Assembly (NCBI RefSeq): GCF_000189295.2
Contig: NC_016803.1
Coordinates: forward strand, 3,630,001-3,662,000
Source of the DNA: Pseudodesulfovibrio mercurii
Lineage (GTDB): Bacteria; Desulfobacterota; Desulfovibrionia; Desulfovibrionales; Desulfovibrionaceae
DNA: 32,000 nt
Direction: 5' to 3'
Numbering within the stretch: position 1 is the stretch's first letter; each line of letters begins with the position of its first letter. A program made the position numbers and the translations under genes. The notes under the pieces were generated by a model. The model was not told where the DNA came from, ran no database searches, and saw only the letters and a program-made list of their open reading frames with translations. Positions 17,043 to 24,483 of the stretch are shown piece after piece.

Positions 17043-17585
17043 ATGCGACGCATCCTCATCGCCCTGGCCCTGATCCTGGCCCTGGCCGCCACCTCCGTCC
17101 CGGCCCGCGCCTCGGACTACATGGACATGGACATCTGCCTGGGCAAGCAGGTGCTGGGCCGCATCCTGTGCAAGGACCCCCAGGAAATCAACTACGTGGC
17201 CAAGGTCCGGGACAACATCTACCTCTTCTCCGTGTTCTACGCCAAACAGGAAGCCCGCTTCGTGGTCGGCATCGGCGAAGACAAGATCCGCGTCCAGGGC
17301 AGGGAATTTCTCAAACTCACCCGGACCATCCCCTACGACTTCGACACGGCCAGCAAATGCGCCGTGGTCGAATACTCCTCCTCGGAATGCACCCGCACCG
17401 ACCCCATCGTCTGCTGCACCGAAAAAACCGAAGAGGACGTCAAGGAGGAAAAATTCTGGGACCGTCCCATCCCGGACCTGCTTGAGGAAGACCTGAAAAA
17501 GGCCCTCGAAGTCCTGCCGCCCGAACAACAACCCGCTACCCAGGGCCAACAACCCAATACCCAGGGCACGCCCCCGGCCCAATAA
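17043..17585 (+). CDS. Secreted Cys-containing protein (180 aa), unknown function
   Basis: SD aaggaagga is upstream of the ATG at 17043. The signal peptide is MRRILIALALILALAATSVPARA. Seven Cys follow the signal peptide. The C-terminal low-complexity tail has a QQP(A/N)TQG duplication. Confidence 0.8.
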   Translation: MRRILIALALILALAATSVPARASDYMDMDICLGKQVLGRILCKDPQEINYVAKVRDNIYLFSVFYAKQEARFVVGIGEDKIRVQGREFLKLTRTIPYDFDTASKCAVVEYSSSECTRTDPIVCCTEKTEEDVKEEKFWDRPIPDLLEEDLKKALEVLPPEQQPATQGQQPNTQGTPPAQ

Positions 17586-17608
17586 ACCCCGGCCCCACCG
17601 AATCACCC

Positions 17609-17639
17609 AAGGCCCCCGACTTTGCGCGGGGGCCTTTTT
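17609..17639 (+). terminator. Rho-independent terminator
   Basis: aaggcccccg (17609..17618) pairs with cgggggcctt (17627..17636), followed by a T-run to 17639. Confidence 0.82.
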
Positions 17640-17888
17640 GCGTGCCTGAGGCGGGAGAGCGGGAGGGGAAATGCCTCCGGCGGGCCCTCGCCGGGCGGGC
17701 GCCTCCGGCGGCCGGGGCGCTGCCCCGGACCCCGCCAGAGAACCCTTTGAAAAGGGTTCCCTGGACCCTCCCAAACTTTTTGTGTGCCTGCGGCAGGGGC
17801 GTGCGGACGCGCGATGACGTGCGGATTGGGAAGGGGCGGGAGAGGGGGAGATTGTTGGCGGGGGATTGGTTGTGCGCGGGCGGGCGGT

Positions 17889-17955
17889 GTCCCGAAGGGT
17901 TCGCGCCGGACGGCCACGGGCCTCGGAGGGCCGCCCGGCGCGAACCCTTCGGGAC
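17889..17955. repeat. Perfect 21-bp inverted repeat (67-nt hairpin) in a long intergenic region
   Basis: gtcccgaagggttcgcgccgg (17889..17909) is the exact reverse complement of ccggcgcgaacccttcgggac (17935..17955). The loop can pair further (cggcc...ggccg). Confidence 0.88.
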
Positions 17956-18120
17956 GGTTGCCCACGCCGCCGAGAGGGGCGAAGGACAAGGAAATTTGGC
18001 AGAGCGGCGTGTCGGGACCGAGGGGTAAGGAGTAGGTTTTTATGCTACTACGCCCCCGCGAAGCGGCCCAAAGAGTTTAGGAGGGTGAGTGGGGGGATGG
18101 GGGGGCCACTTTGCAAAGGG

Positions 18121-18171
18121 TTCCCTCTCGCCCCCCTTCCCCCCGGCTTCCCTCTCGCCCCCCTTCCCCCC
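18121..18171. repeat. 24-nt perfect direct repeat, 2 copies, period 27 nt; C-rich on + and G-rich on -
   Basis: ttccctctcgccccccttcccccc occurs at 18121..18144 and 18148..18171. On the minus strand it reads GGGGGGAAGGGGGGCGAGAGGG twice, a G-quadruplex-type pattern. It lies just downstream of the minus-strand gene ending at 18197. Confidence 0.88.
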
Positions 18172-18196
18172 TGGCCGCCGCAGGCGGCATCCTCGA

Positions 18197-18508
18197 CTAC
18201 ACCCTTCGCAGCCAGAGGAGCAGGGCGATGAGGGCGACGGTGGGGTAGAGGGGCCACCAGATTCGGTAGACGATGCAGGCGGCGGCCACGGAGCCGAGGA
18301 TGAGGACGTAGGCCCAGGCCTCGAGCATGCGTTTGAGGGAACGCAGAAGGTCGGGGGAGACGCCTTGGTGCCGGAACGGTTCCAGCGGCGCGGTGCCGGT
18401 GTCCGGGCCGGCCGTGGCGCGGCGGGAGGATTGGAGCTTGTTGCCGCAGCGGGCGCAGGCCAGGGTGTTGTCGGCGTTTCGGGTGCCGCATTTGGTGCAG
18501 GTGATCAC
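18197..18508 (-). CDS. Zinc-ribbon membrane protein (about 103 aa; start uncertain)
   Basis: (V)ITCTKCGTRNADNTLACARCGNKL is a CxxC...CxxC zinc ribbon, followed by two hydrophobic segments (AYVLILGSVAAACIVY and PTVALIALLLWL). Codon bias is good from GTG 18508 onward and poor in the upstream part of the track ORF (to 18640). There is no SD. TTGACC-N18-CATAAC ends 6 nt before the GTG, so the mRNA may be leaderless. Confidence 0.65.
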   Translation of the reverse strand: MITCTKCGTRNADNTLACARCGNKLQSSRRATAGPDTGTAPLEPFRHQGVSPDLLRSLKRMLEAWAYVLILGSVAAACIVYRIWWPLYPTVALIALLLWLRRV

Positions 18509-18580
18509 AGGGAGGTTATGGCCGCCCGAGGGGAGAAAGGTCAAGAGGCGGCCCGGCCCCTTCCACTCCGGCGCGGTTGG

Positions 18581-18596
18581 TGGTAATGCTGTTGCT
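18581..18596 (+). promoter_or_regulatory. Candidate sigma54 (-24/-12) promoter upstream of the 513-aa ORF
   Basis: TGGTAA-TGCTG-TTGCT with canonical GG-N10-GC spacing, 62 nt upstream of the ATG at 18658. Confidence 0.35.
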
Positions 18597-18657
18597 GACA
18601 CGCGGCGACGGCATTGGATTACGCAAGTATCAAGCGACATTGAGGATCATCGAGCCC

Positions 18658-20199
18658 ATGACAGACGCACCCGCACGCGGCGCGAGGCCGGACAATGAAA
18701 CGCGCCTCGACGCCTACTGGAAGCGATTGCGCGCCCTGAGGGAGCGCTCCTCACTGCGCGAGGTCACCGAGCGGGAGATGCTGCTGGAGATCCTGGAGAT
18801 CAACAGTCCGGGCATCAACGAATATCCCATGCTCGAGGCGCAGCGCAGCAGCGTGCGGGAGCTGCTGGCGGGCCGGGTGGGCCATCCGGGCTACGAGTTC
18901 ATCCATGAGCGCGTGGGCCGGTTCATCATCCTGCTGGCCCACTACGACAAGGCGGTCAAGACCGGGGACGCGGCGCGACGCGAGGAGCTGGAGGCGACCC
19001 TGCTGAACACCGAGGCCGTGCTGGTCAAGTGCGCTCAGGGCATCGTCTACGCCATGGCCCTGGTGACGGACAATTTCGAGGAGCTGGTCCTGCGCTATTT
19101 CGGCAGACAGAGCCTGGAGCCCTATGGGGCGCTCATCGAGAAGCACCGTTTGGACCAGGCGTTCTGGAGCGCCTTCGTGGAGGAGTTCATCGCCAGCCGG
19201 GTGGCCGAGGCCCACGGGGAGATATTGGAGGGCGGGAAGTACGAGATCGCCAAGGAGCGGACCTTTCTGGTCATCCGCTTCCTGTTCGACGATATCCTGT
19301 CCAAACTGAACCCCACGGACCAGGAGATTTCCAAGACCCGCATCCAGAACAGCTACATCGCGGCCCGTGAGGAGCCCGCTGGCCGGGAGCGGGCCAAGCT
19401 GGTCCAGGCCATGCTGGTCAAGGGGCTGAAGGTGTTGTCGCAGTTCGACAAGTTTACGGCGGGCGAGCTGCTGCACGCGGCGCGCATGGCCTGCGTGGAC
19501 CCGGTGGCCGAGGAGTTCGAGACCCAGTACCGGGCGCGGGTGGCCGAGGCCGAGGCCGCGCGCCGGGGCGAGGCCGGGGACAAGGACCCCGAGGAGCGCA
19601 AGAAGGAGCAGGCCTGGTTCAAGTTCGTGCTTGAGCAGATAGTGGGCCTGGGGCTGGGCGCGTCCATCGCCATCGGCGTGACCAGCGACCATTTCTACAA
19701 GGCGCTGGAGGCCGTGGTCCCGGACCAGATCCAGGGCATCCTGCCGCTGAAAAAGGACTTCAGCCTGCCGGTGCTTGAAAAAATCCTCTTTTTCCTGCTC
19801 GAGAACCACTTCATCCAGATTCTCAAGGAGTGCGGGCGCGAGGAGGGCGGCAAGATCCAGGTGCGCAGCGGCCGCGCCCGGCGGGTGTCCGCCCAGGCCG
19901 TGGACGGGTTGCCCGGCATGTCCAAGATTCGCAAGAAGCAGCTCTTCGGCAACGACGTGACCCGCGAGGGCACCCTGCTGTTCAAGCCCAAAACGGCCCA
20001 GCAGCTGGCCGACGCCATGGCCATGCTCTCCCTCGAACCCGAGCTGCGACAGGGGCTGGCCGAGCTGTGGAAGCGGGCCGTGTTCCGGGTGGACATCATG
20101 GTCCTGATCAACCTGGAACTGGTGGCCCGGACGACCACCAACCTGACGGTCCGGCTGACCGAAATCCTGCAGAAGTACGGCGTGCAAAAGACCGCCTGA
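18658..20199 (+). CDS. Hypothetical protein, predominantly helical by composition (513 aa), no recognised domain
   Basis: The ATG at 18658 has gagga 11 nt upstream. The longer 540-aa start at 18577 would include the putative promoter. Codon bias is consistent over 1.5 kb. No P-loop, metal-binding or catalytic motif was recognised. Confidence 0.8.
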   Translation: MTDAPARGARPDNETRLDAYWKRLRALRERSSLREVTEREMLLEILEINSPGINEYPMLEAQRSSVRELLAGRVGHPGYEFIHERVGRFIILLAHYDKAVKTGDAARREELEATLLNTEAVLVKCAQGIVYAMALVTDNFEELVLRYFGRQSLEPYGALIEKHRLDQAFWSAFVEEFIASRVAEAHGEILEGGKYEIAKERTFLVIRFLFDDILSKLNPTDQEISKTRIQNSYIAAREEPAGRERAKLVQAMLVKGLKVLSQFDKFTAGELLHAARMACVDPVAEEFETQYRARVAEAEAARRGEAGDKDPEERKKEQAWFKFVLEQIVGLGLGASIAIGVTSDHFYKALEAVVPDQIQGILPLKKDFSLPVLEKILFFLLENHFIQILKECGREEGGKIQVRSGRARRVSAQAVDGLPGMSKIRKKQLFGNDVTREGTLLFKPKTAQQLADAMAMLSLEPELRQGLAELWKRAVFRVDIMVLINLELVARTTTNLTVRLTEILQKYGVQKTA

Positions 20200-20248
20200 C
20201 CCGTTGCCGGGCGGCGGTCTCCTGCGAAATCGGGGTATTCGGGCGCGG

Positions 20249-21130
20249 CTAGCGGCGGAAGACGATGGTCTTGTTGCCGTCCACGATGACCCGGTCCTCC
20301 AGGTGCCATTTCACGGCCCGGGCCAGGACGTGGCGCTCGATGTCGCCGCCCAGCCGCTTGAGGTCGTCCACGGTGTGGCTGTGGGTCACGCGGATGACGT
20401 CCTGCTCGATGATCGGGCCCTCGTCCAGCTTCTCGGTGACGTAGTGGGCCGTGGCCCCGATGAGCTTGACGCCGCGCTCGTAGGCCCGGCGGTAGGGGTC
20501 CGCGCCGACGAAGGCGGGCAGGAACGAGTGGTGGATGTTGATGATCCGGCTGGGGTAGCGCTTGACGAAGTCCGAGGTCAGGATCTGCATGTACCGGGCG
20601 AGGACGATGAGGTCCACCTGGCCGTTCATGAGTTCGATCATGGTGTCCTCGGCCTTGACCTTGTCGCGCAGGGACGGGCCCACGGGGACGTGGTGGAAGG
20701 GCACGTCGAAGTTCTCCACCTCGCGCTGCAGGGTCGGGTGGTTGGAGATGACCATGGCCACCTCGGCGTCCAGGTCGCCGCGTTTCCAGCGCCAGAGCAG
20801 CTCCATGAGGGCGTGGTCCACCTTGGAGCATAGTATGACCATCCTCTTGGGCACCCAGACCGGGTTCAGGGACCAGTCCATGACGAAGCCGTTCGTGACC
20901 TCCTCGGCGAACTCGCGGCGGAGCTCCTCCAGGCCGTCCATGTCCAGGCCGGGCAGGAAGAACTCGTTGCGCATGAAGAACCGGCCGCCCTCGGGGTCGG
21001 TGGAGTGCTGGTCGGAGTGGATGATGTTGGCGTTCTTGCGGTGCAGGTAGCCGGATACGGCGGCCACGATGCCCGGCTGGTCGGGGCAGGTGATGAGCAG
21101 CCTGACGGTGCTTTCCTTGGATTCGGTCAT
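20249..21130 (-). CDS. purU: Formyltetrahydrofolate deformylase (293 aa)
   Basis: An N-terminal ACT-like segment (LLITCPDQPGIVAAVSG) precedes a formyltransferase core (INIHHSFLPAFVGADPY...ATAHYVTEKLDEGPII). Confidence 0.93.
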   Translation of the reverse strand: MTESKESTVRLLITCPDQPGIVAAVSGYLHRKNANIIHSDQHSTDPEGGRFFMRNEFFLPGLDMDGLEELRREFAEEVTNGFVMDWSLNPVWVPKRMVILCSKVDHALMELLWRWKRGDLDAEVAMVISNHPTLQREVENFDVPFHHVPVGPSLRDKVKAEDTMIELMNGQVDLIVLARYMQILTSDFVKRYPSRIINIHHSFLPAFVGADPYRRAYERGVKLIGATAHYVTEKLDEGPIIEQDVIRVTHSHTVDDLKRLGGDIERHVLARAVKWHLEDRVIVDGNKTIVFRR

Positions 21131-21266
21131 GGTCTTCGATTGCCTTGATGCGTTCTGAATGAAGTTCGGTCCGGCAGGGAAACGGCCCGCGCCGGACGCA
21201 ACATTGCGCTGTACCGCAAAAAATGGTCGAACAAAAGTCTTTTCCTTGCCCGTTGTCCGGCGGGGG

Positions 21267-21295
21267 TTGGCAAGGGCCGATTTCGGCAGTATAGG
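21267..21295 (+). promoter_or_regulatory. Candidate sigma70-type promoter for the SIS-domain gene
   Basis: TTGGCA (21267..21272), N17, TATAGG (21290..21295), about 45 nt upstream of the ATG at 21339. Confidence 0.3.
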
Positions 21296-21338
21296 CAGGG
21301 CTGACTATTTTACGAAGACAACCACAAACGAGGGACGC

Positions 21339-21962
21339 ATGTCTGAATCCGCTCTTCAGAAAGTGATGGATCACGCCTCGGCCGGACTGGCCGCACGCAA
21401 GGCCTTCTTCGATACCAAGGCCGAGCTGGTGGTCGAGATCGCCCGTGCCATGGCCGTGTGCCTGGCCGGGGGCGGCAAGGTCATGTTCTGCGGCAACGGC
21501 GGGTCCGCCGCCGACAGCCAGCACCTGGCCGCCGAGTTCACCAACCGCTTCCGCATGGAGCGCCCGCCCCTGCCCGGCCTGGCCCTGACCACGGACACCT
21601 CGGCCCTGACCGCCATCGGCAACGACTACAGCTTCGACGAGGTCTTCTCCAAGCAGCTCCTCGCCCTGGGGCGGCCCGGCGACATCCTGGTGGGATTGTC
21701 CACCTCGGGCACCAGCACCAACGTCATCCGGGCCATGCGCGAGGCCAAGCGCAACGACATCGTCACCGTGGGCCTGACCGGCCAGAGCGGCGCTGAGATG
21801 GCCGCCGTGTCCGACTTCCTGGTCACGGTGCCGTCGGGCGACACCGCCGTGGTTCAGGAAATCCACATCGCCGCCGGGCATGCCTTCTGCTTTCTGGTGG
21901 ACCATTTCCTGTTCGAGGCCGTGGCCGAGCTGACCCCCTACCTGCCCGAACCCAGGGGCTAG
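21339..21962 (+). CDS. gmhA: SIS-domain phosphoheptose isomerase / DiaA-like protein (207 aa)
   Basis: CGNGGSAADSQHLAAEF...IGNDYSFDEVFSKQ...STSGTS.NV matches the GmhA pattern. Internal ATG at 21339 with gaggga upstream. Confidence 0.88.
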   Translation: MSESALQKVMDHASAGLAARKAFFDTKAELVVEIARAMAVCLAGGGKVMFCGNGGSAADSQHLAAEFTNRFRMERPPLPGLALTTDTSALTAIGNDYSFDEVFSKQLLALGRPGDILVGLSTSGTSTNVIRAMREAKRNDIVTVGLTGQSGAEMAAVSDFLVTVPSGDTAVVQEIHIAAGHAFCFLVDHFLFEAVAELTPYLPEPRG

Positions 21963-22026
21963 GCCCGAGACAGGCATCGACCACATGTCGCCGTGATCGC
22001 TCACGAGGCGTTCACAGGCGGTTGAT

Positions 22027-22057
22027 GAAATGGCCCCGACCGAGTCGGGGCCATTTC
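22027..22057. terminator. Strong hairpin between convergent genes (possible bidirectional terminator)
   Basis: Perfect 14-bp stem gaaatggccccgac / gtcggggccatttc with a 3-nt loop. The flanking U-tracts are weak. Confidence 0.55.
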
Positions 22058-22095
22058 CTTTGGGGCAATGGGATCGAAGGCGGAATTGGCCGAGG

Positions 22096-22803
22096 CTAGG
22101 CCGCACCGAAGAACGGTTTCGCGATGAAGTAGAGCCCGAGAAGGGCGATCAGCCCTCCGGCCAGGCGGCGAAACACCGTTCCGCCGCGTTGCCAGGCCGA
22201 ATTGGCGAGCAGCTTCCCGACCAGGGCGGTCGAGCCGCCGGCCACGGCGATGGGGATGCAGTGTCCGGTGGCGAAGAGCAGGATGAAGACCACGCCGGTG
22301 AGTATCTTCTCCTGGACCGTTATGATGGCGAGGATGGGGGCAATGAAACCGAAGGTGCAGGACCCCGACAACACGCCATAGGCCAGTCCGAGGATGAAGG
22401 CGCCGAGCATCCCCTTGAGCTTCAGCCTGGCCATCAGACCGCCGGACAGGGTACACTTGGACACGCCGAGCATGTCCAGGGCGACCCACAGGAGCACCAG
22501 CCCCACGACGATGGTCCAGTAGGGCCCCACGTCGCCGAGCATGCGGCCCAGCAGGGAACAGACCACACCGATGGCCGCGATGGTGATGAACAGGCCGGAG
22601 GTGAACAGCAGGGCGAACACCGTGGCCTGCCTCCCCTCGATGATCTTGTCCTGGCCCGCCACGTACCCGACGATGAGCGGGATGGACGCCAGATGGCAGG
22701 GGCTGAACAGGACGCTGACCATGCCCCAGAGGAAACACCCCAGCGCGCCGAGCAGCACCCCGCCCGTCATCCATTGATTGATGAGGATGAACAACTGGGC
22801 CAT
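22096..22803 (-). CDS. ccdA: CcdA/DsbD-family thiol:disulfide electron-transfer membrane protein (235 aa)
   Basis: Multi-TM protein with the two conserved Cys contexts LFSPCHLASIP and SGSCTFGFIAP. The ATG at 22803 is 5 nt after the thioredoxin gene stop. Confidence 0.88.
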   Translation of the reverse strand: MAQLFILINQWMTGGVLLGALGCFLWGMVSVLFSPCHLASIPLIVGYVAGQDKIIEGRQATVFALLFTSGLFITIAAIGVVCSLLGRMLGDVGPYWTIVVGLVLLWVALDMLGVSKCTLSGGLMARLKLKGMLGAFILGLAYGVLSGSCTFGFIAPILAIITVQEKILTGVVFILLFATGHCIPIAVAGGSTALVGKLLANSAWQRGGTVFRRLAGGLIALLGLYFIAKPFFGAA

Positions 22804-22808
22804 CGGGA

Positions 22809-23219
22809 TTATTCGACGCCGAGTTCGGTCAGCTTGGCGACGATGCTCGCCTTGTCCAGGTAGCCCACGTGCCGGTACCGCTCCTTGCCCTGCGCATCGT
22901 AGAATATCTGCGTCGGTATCGCGGTGATGCCGTACCTGGACGCCTCGTCCCGATGCTTCCATACGTCGATGAAGGCGATGGCGGCCCGTCCATCATATTC
23001 CTTGGACAATTCCTCGATGATCGGCGTCATCATCTTGCAGGGGATGCAGGAATGCGCGCCGATATCCACCATGGTGACCAGCCCCGCGATGGGCATGGGG
23101 TGGGGCTCGCCGGAAATCAGATCGGCCGCCGGGACCGGCGCGTCGGGTTCCTGCGCCCCGGCGGGGGCGGCTAAAAGGACCATGCACGCGAGAAGAAGCA
23201 GGCAAGCCGGGATTGTCAT
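22809..23219 (-). CDS. Exported thioredoxin-fold protein with CxxC motif (136 aa)
   Basis: Signal peptide MTIPACLLLLACMVLLAAPAGAQ, active site HSCIPCKMM and a thioredoxin-like C-terminal pattern (PTQIFYDAQG). It forms an operon with ccdA. Confidence 0.88.
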   Translation of the reverse strand: MTIPACLLLLACMVLLAAPAGAQEPDAPVPAADLISGEPHPMPIAGLVTMVDIGAHSCIPCKMMTPIIEELSKEYDGRAAIAFIDVWKHRDEASRYGITAIPTQIFYDAQGKERYRHVGYLDKASIVAKLTELGVE

Positions 23220-23339
23220 TCTTGTTGTCACGAGTCGTATCCTTTTATCGGGTTGAGTGTTTTTCCGGCAACGGTGCCGCTGGGAACGAGTGCGCAACCC
23301 GTCCGTCTCGCGGTGCGTTGTGGATTACATTTGGCATTT

Positions 23340-23353
23340 TTTTCAACTGTTGT
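23340..23353 (-). promoter_or_regulatory. 14-nt motif ACAACAGTTGAAAA (minus strand), shared exactly with the nrdG upstream region
   Basis: Plus-strand ttttcaactgttgt at 23340..23353 is identical to 29246..29259. Both copies lie upstream of minus-strand operons, about 120 nt before the thioredoxin ATG here. It contains the 9-bp palindrome CAAC-A-GTTG. Confidence 0.4.
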
Positions 23354-23524
23354 CGCAAAAAAAGGGCCGTCGCCATGGAGATTCCCGCGTCGTTGGAGGT
23401 CGGCCGGACGTCGTCCTGGAGCCCGTCCCCGGCCGGGAACCCGTATTCCCGGTCCGCTGGTCCGTGGGTGAGAATGGTGGCCGCTTTCTTCATGACGAAA
23501 TCCTTGCGGTCGGCGCGCGCCGGA

Positions 23525-23905
23525 TCAGAAATCCTCGCGCTTGATGCGGATGGTCAGCCCCTTTTCGCGGAGCTTCTGGGCCAGGATGTTGGCGCGCTGG
23601 ATGGAGGGAACCGTGCTGATGACCAGCTGGGCGGTACCGTTTTCGTCCCAGACCCAGATGTTCTCGGGCAGGACCAGGCCCGCCTTGCGCGTGTCGGCCA
23701 GCAGGCGCTGGCGGGCCAGCTCGCGCTGGTCGAAGGAGGTCGCGTCGAAGGGCTCGCCGCAGGCCAGGACCCACCACCCGCGCGGGCGCAGTTTCGGGTC
23801 GGTCTCCTCGCCGAAGCTCTGGGCGGTCAGGGCGGCCTGCTTGGCACGGACCACGGCGGTCATGCGCAGGATGCTTTCTTCCAATTGCCTGATATCGTTT
23901 GGCAT
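23525..23905 (-). CDS. Hypothetical protein (126 aa)
   Basis: The internal ATG at 23905 has gaggga upstream. Codon bias is good. The C-terminal segment (AQLVISTVPSIQRANILAQKLREKGLTIRIK) is loosely SPOR/RNP-like. No firm family assignment. Confidence 0.65.
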   Translation of the reverse strand: MPNDIRQLEESILRMTAVVRAKQAALTAQSFGEETDPKLRPRGWWVLACGEPFDATSFDQRELARQRLLADTRKAGLVLPENIWVWDENGTAQLVISTVPSIQRANILAQKLREKGLTIRIKREDF

Positions 23906-24051
23906 ATGTGTTGATTCCCTCAAGTCGGCAACGGTCGGTCGCCGCTTCGTACTGTTACTCCGGCCACCGGTGAATGGCAAGGACGGTCCGCGCGGAAGGC
24001 GGATTTTTCCTCCCCTTGCGCGGGGCCGGGCGGGGATGTATCGTTTGAAAT

Positions 24052-24474
24052 ATGGTCTACTTGTCCGGTTCCGCACCCAAGCGCACACCCAGGCAGCGGC
24101 TCATACGCATCCTGGTGGGCGCGGCCGTCGTGGCCTTCATCGTCTGGGGGATCGCCGCCATCCCCTACGACATCCTGCGCGCCGAGCGCGCCCGGCTGTT
24201 CGGCGAGGAGGTCTCCTCGGGCTTGGTCCTGCACCTGCGCACGGATACGGACGAGGCCCATCCCCACGCCAGGGTGGTCATCGAGTACACCTACGTGGAC
24301 CGGGACGGGATCGCGCGGCGGGCCGAGGCCCGGCTGCCGGACAGCCTGTGGCGGCAGTACCGGCCCGGTACGGTCATCCGGGTGCTGCTGGTCCGGGGCC
24401 GCCCGGACCTCGTGCGCATCCCGGACGAGGTCGAACCCGCCTTCCAGGTCTGGCTTAGAAATCTGATGAACTGA
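24052..24474 (+). CDS. DUF3592-like membrane-anchored protein (140 aa)
   Basis: An N-terminal TM segment (LIRILVGAAVVAFIVWGIAAI) is followed by the pattern VVIEYTYVDRDG...YRPGTVIRVLLVRGRP, typical of DUF3592. The SD is weak. Confidence 0.7.
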   Translation: MVYLSGSAPKRTPRQRLIRILVGAAVVAFIVWGIAAIPYDILRAERARLFGEEVSSGLVLHLRTDTDEAHPHARVVIEYTYVDRDGIARRAEARLPDSLWRQYRPGTVIRVLLVRGRPDLVRIPDEVEPAFQVWLRNLMN

Positions 24475-24483
24475 CGGGCCGGA

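Noticed and set aside
17640-18200. Several 120-165-aa ORFs and two SD-preceded mini-ORFs in the long intergenic region
   Set aside because: All translations are Gly/Arg/Pro low complexity or direct readouts of the repeats (for example FPLAPLPPGFPLAPLPP). Both strands give equally long ORFs, so there is no credible coding signal.
20189-20221. Hairpin agaccgcc...ggcggtct after the 513-aa gene as a terminator
   Set aside because: The stem is 8 bp with a 16-nt loop, and no U-tract follows on either strand. This is too weak to call.
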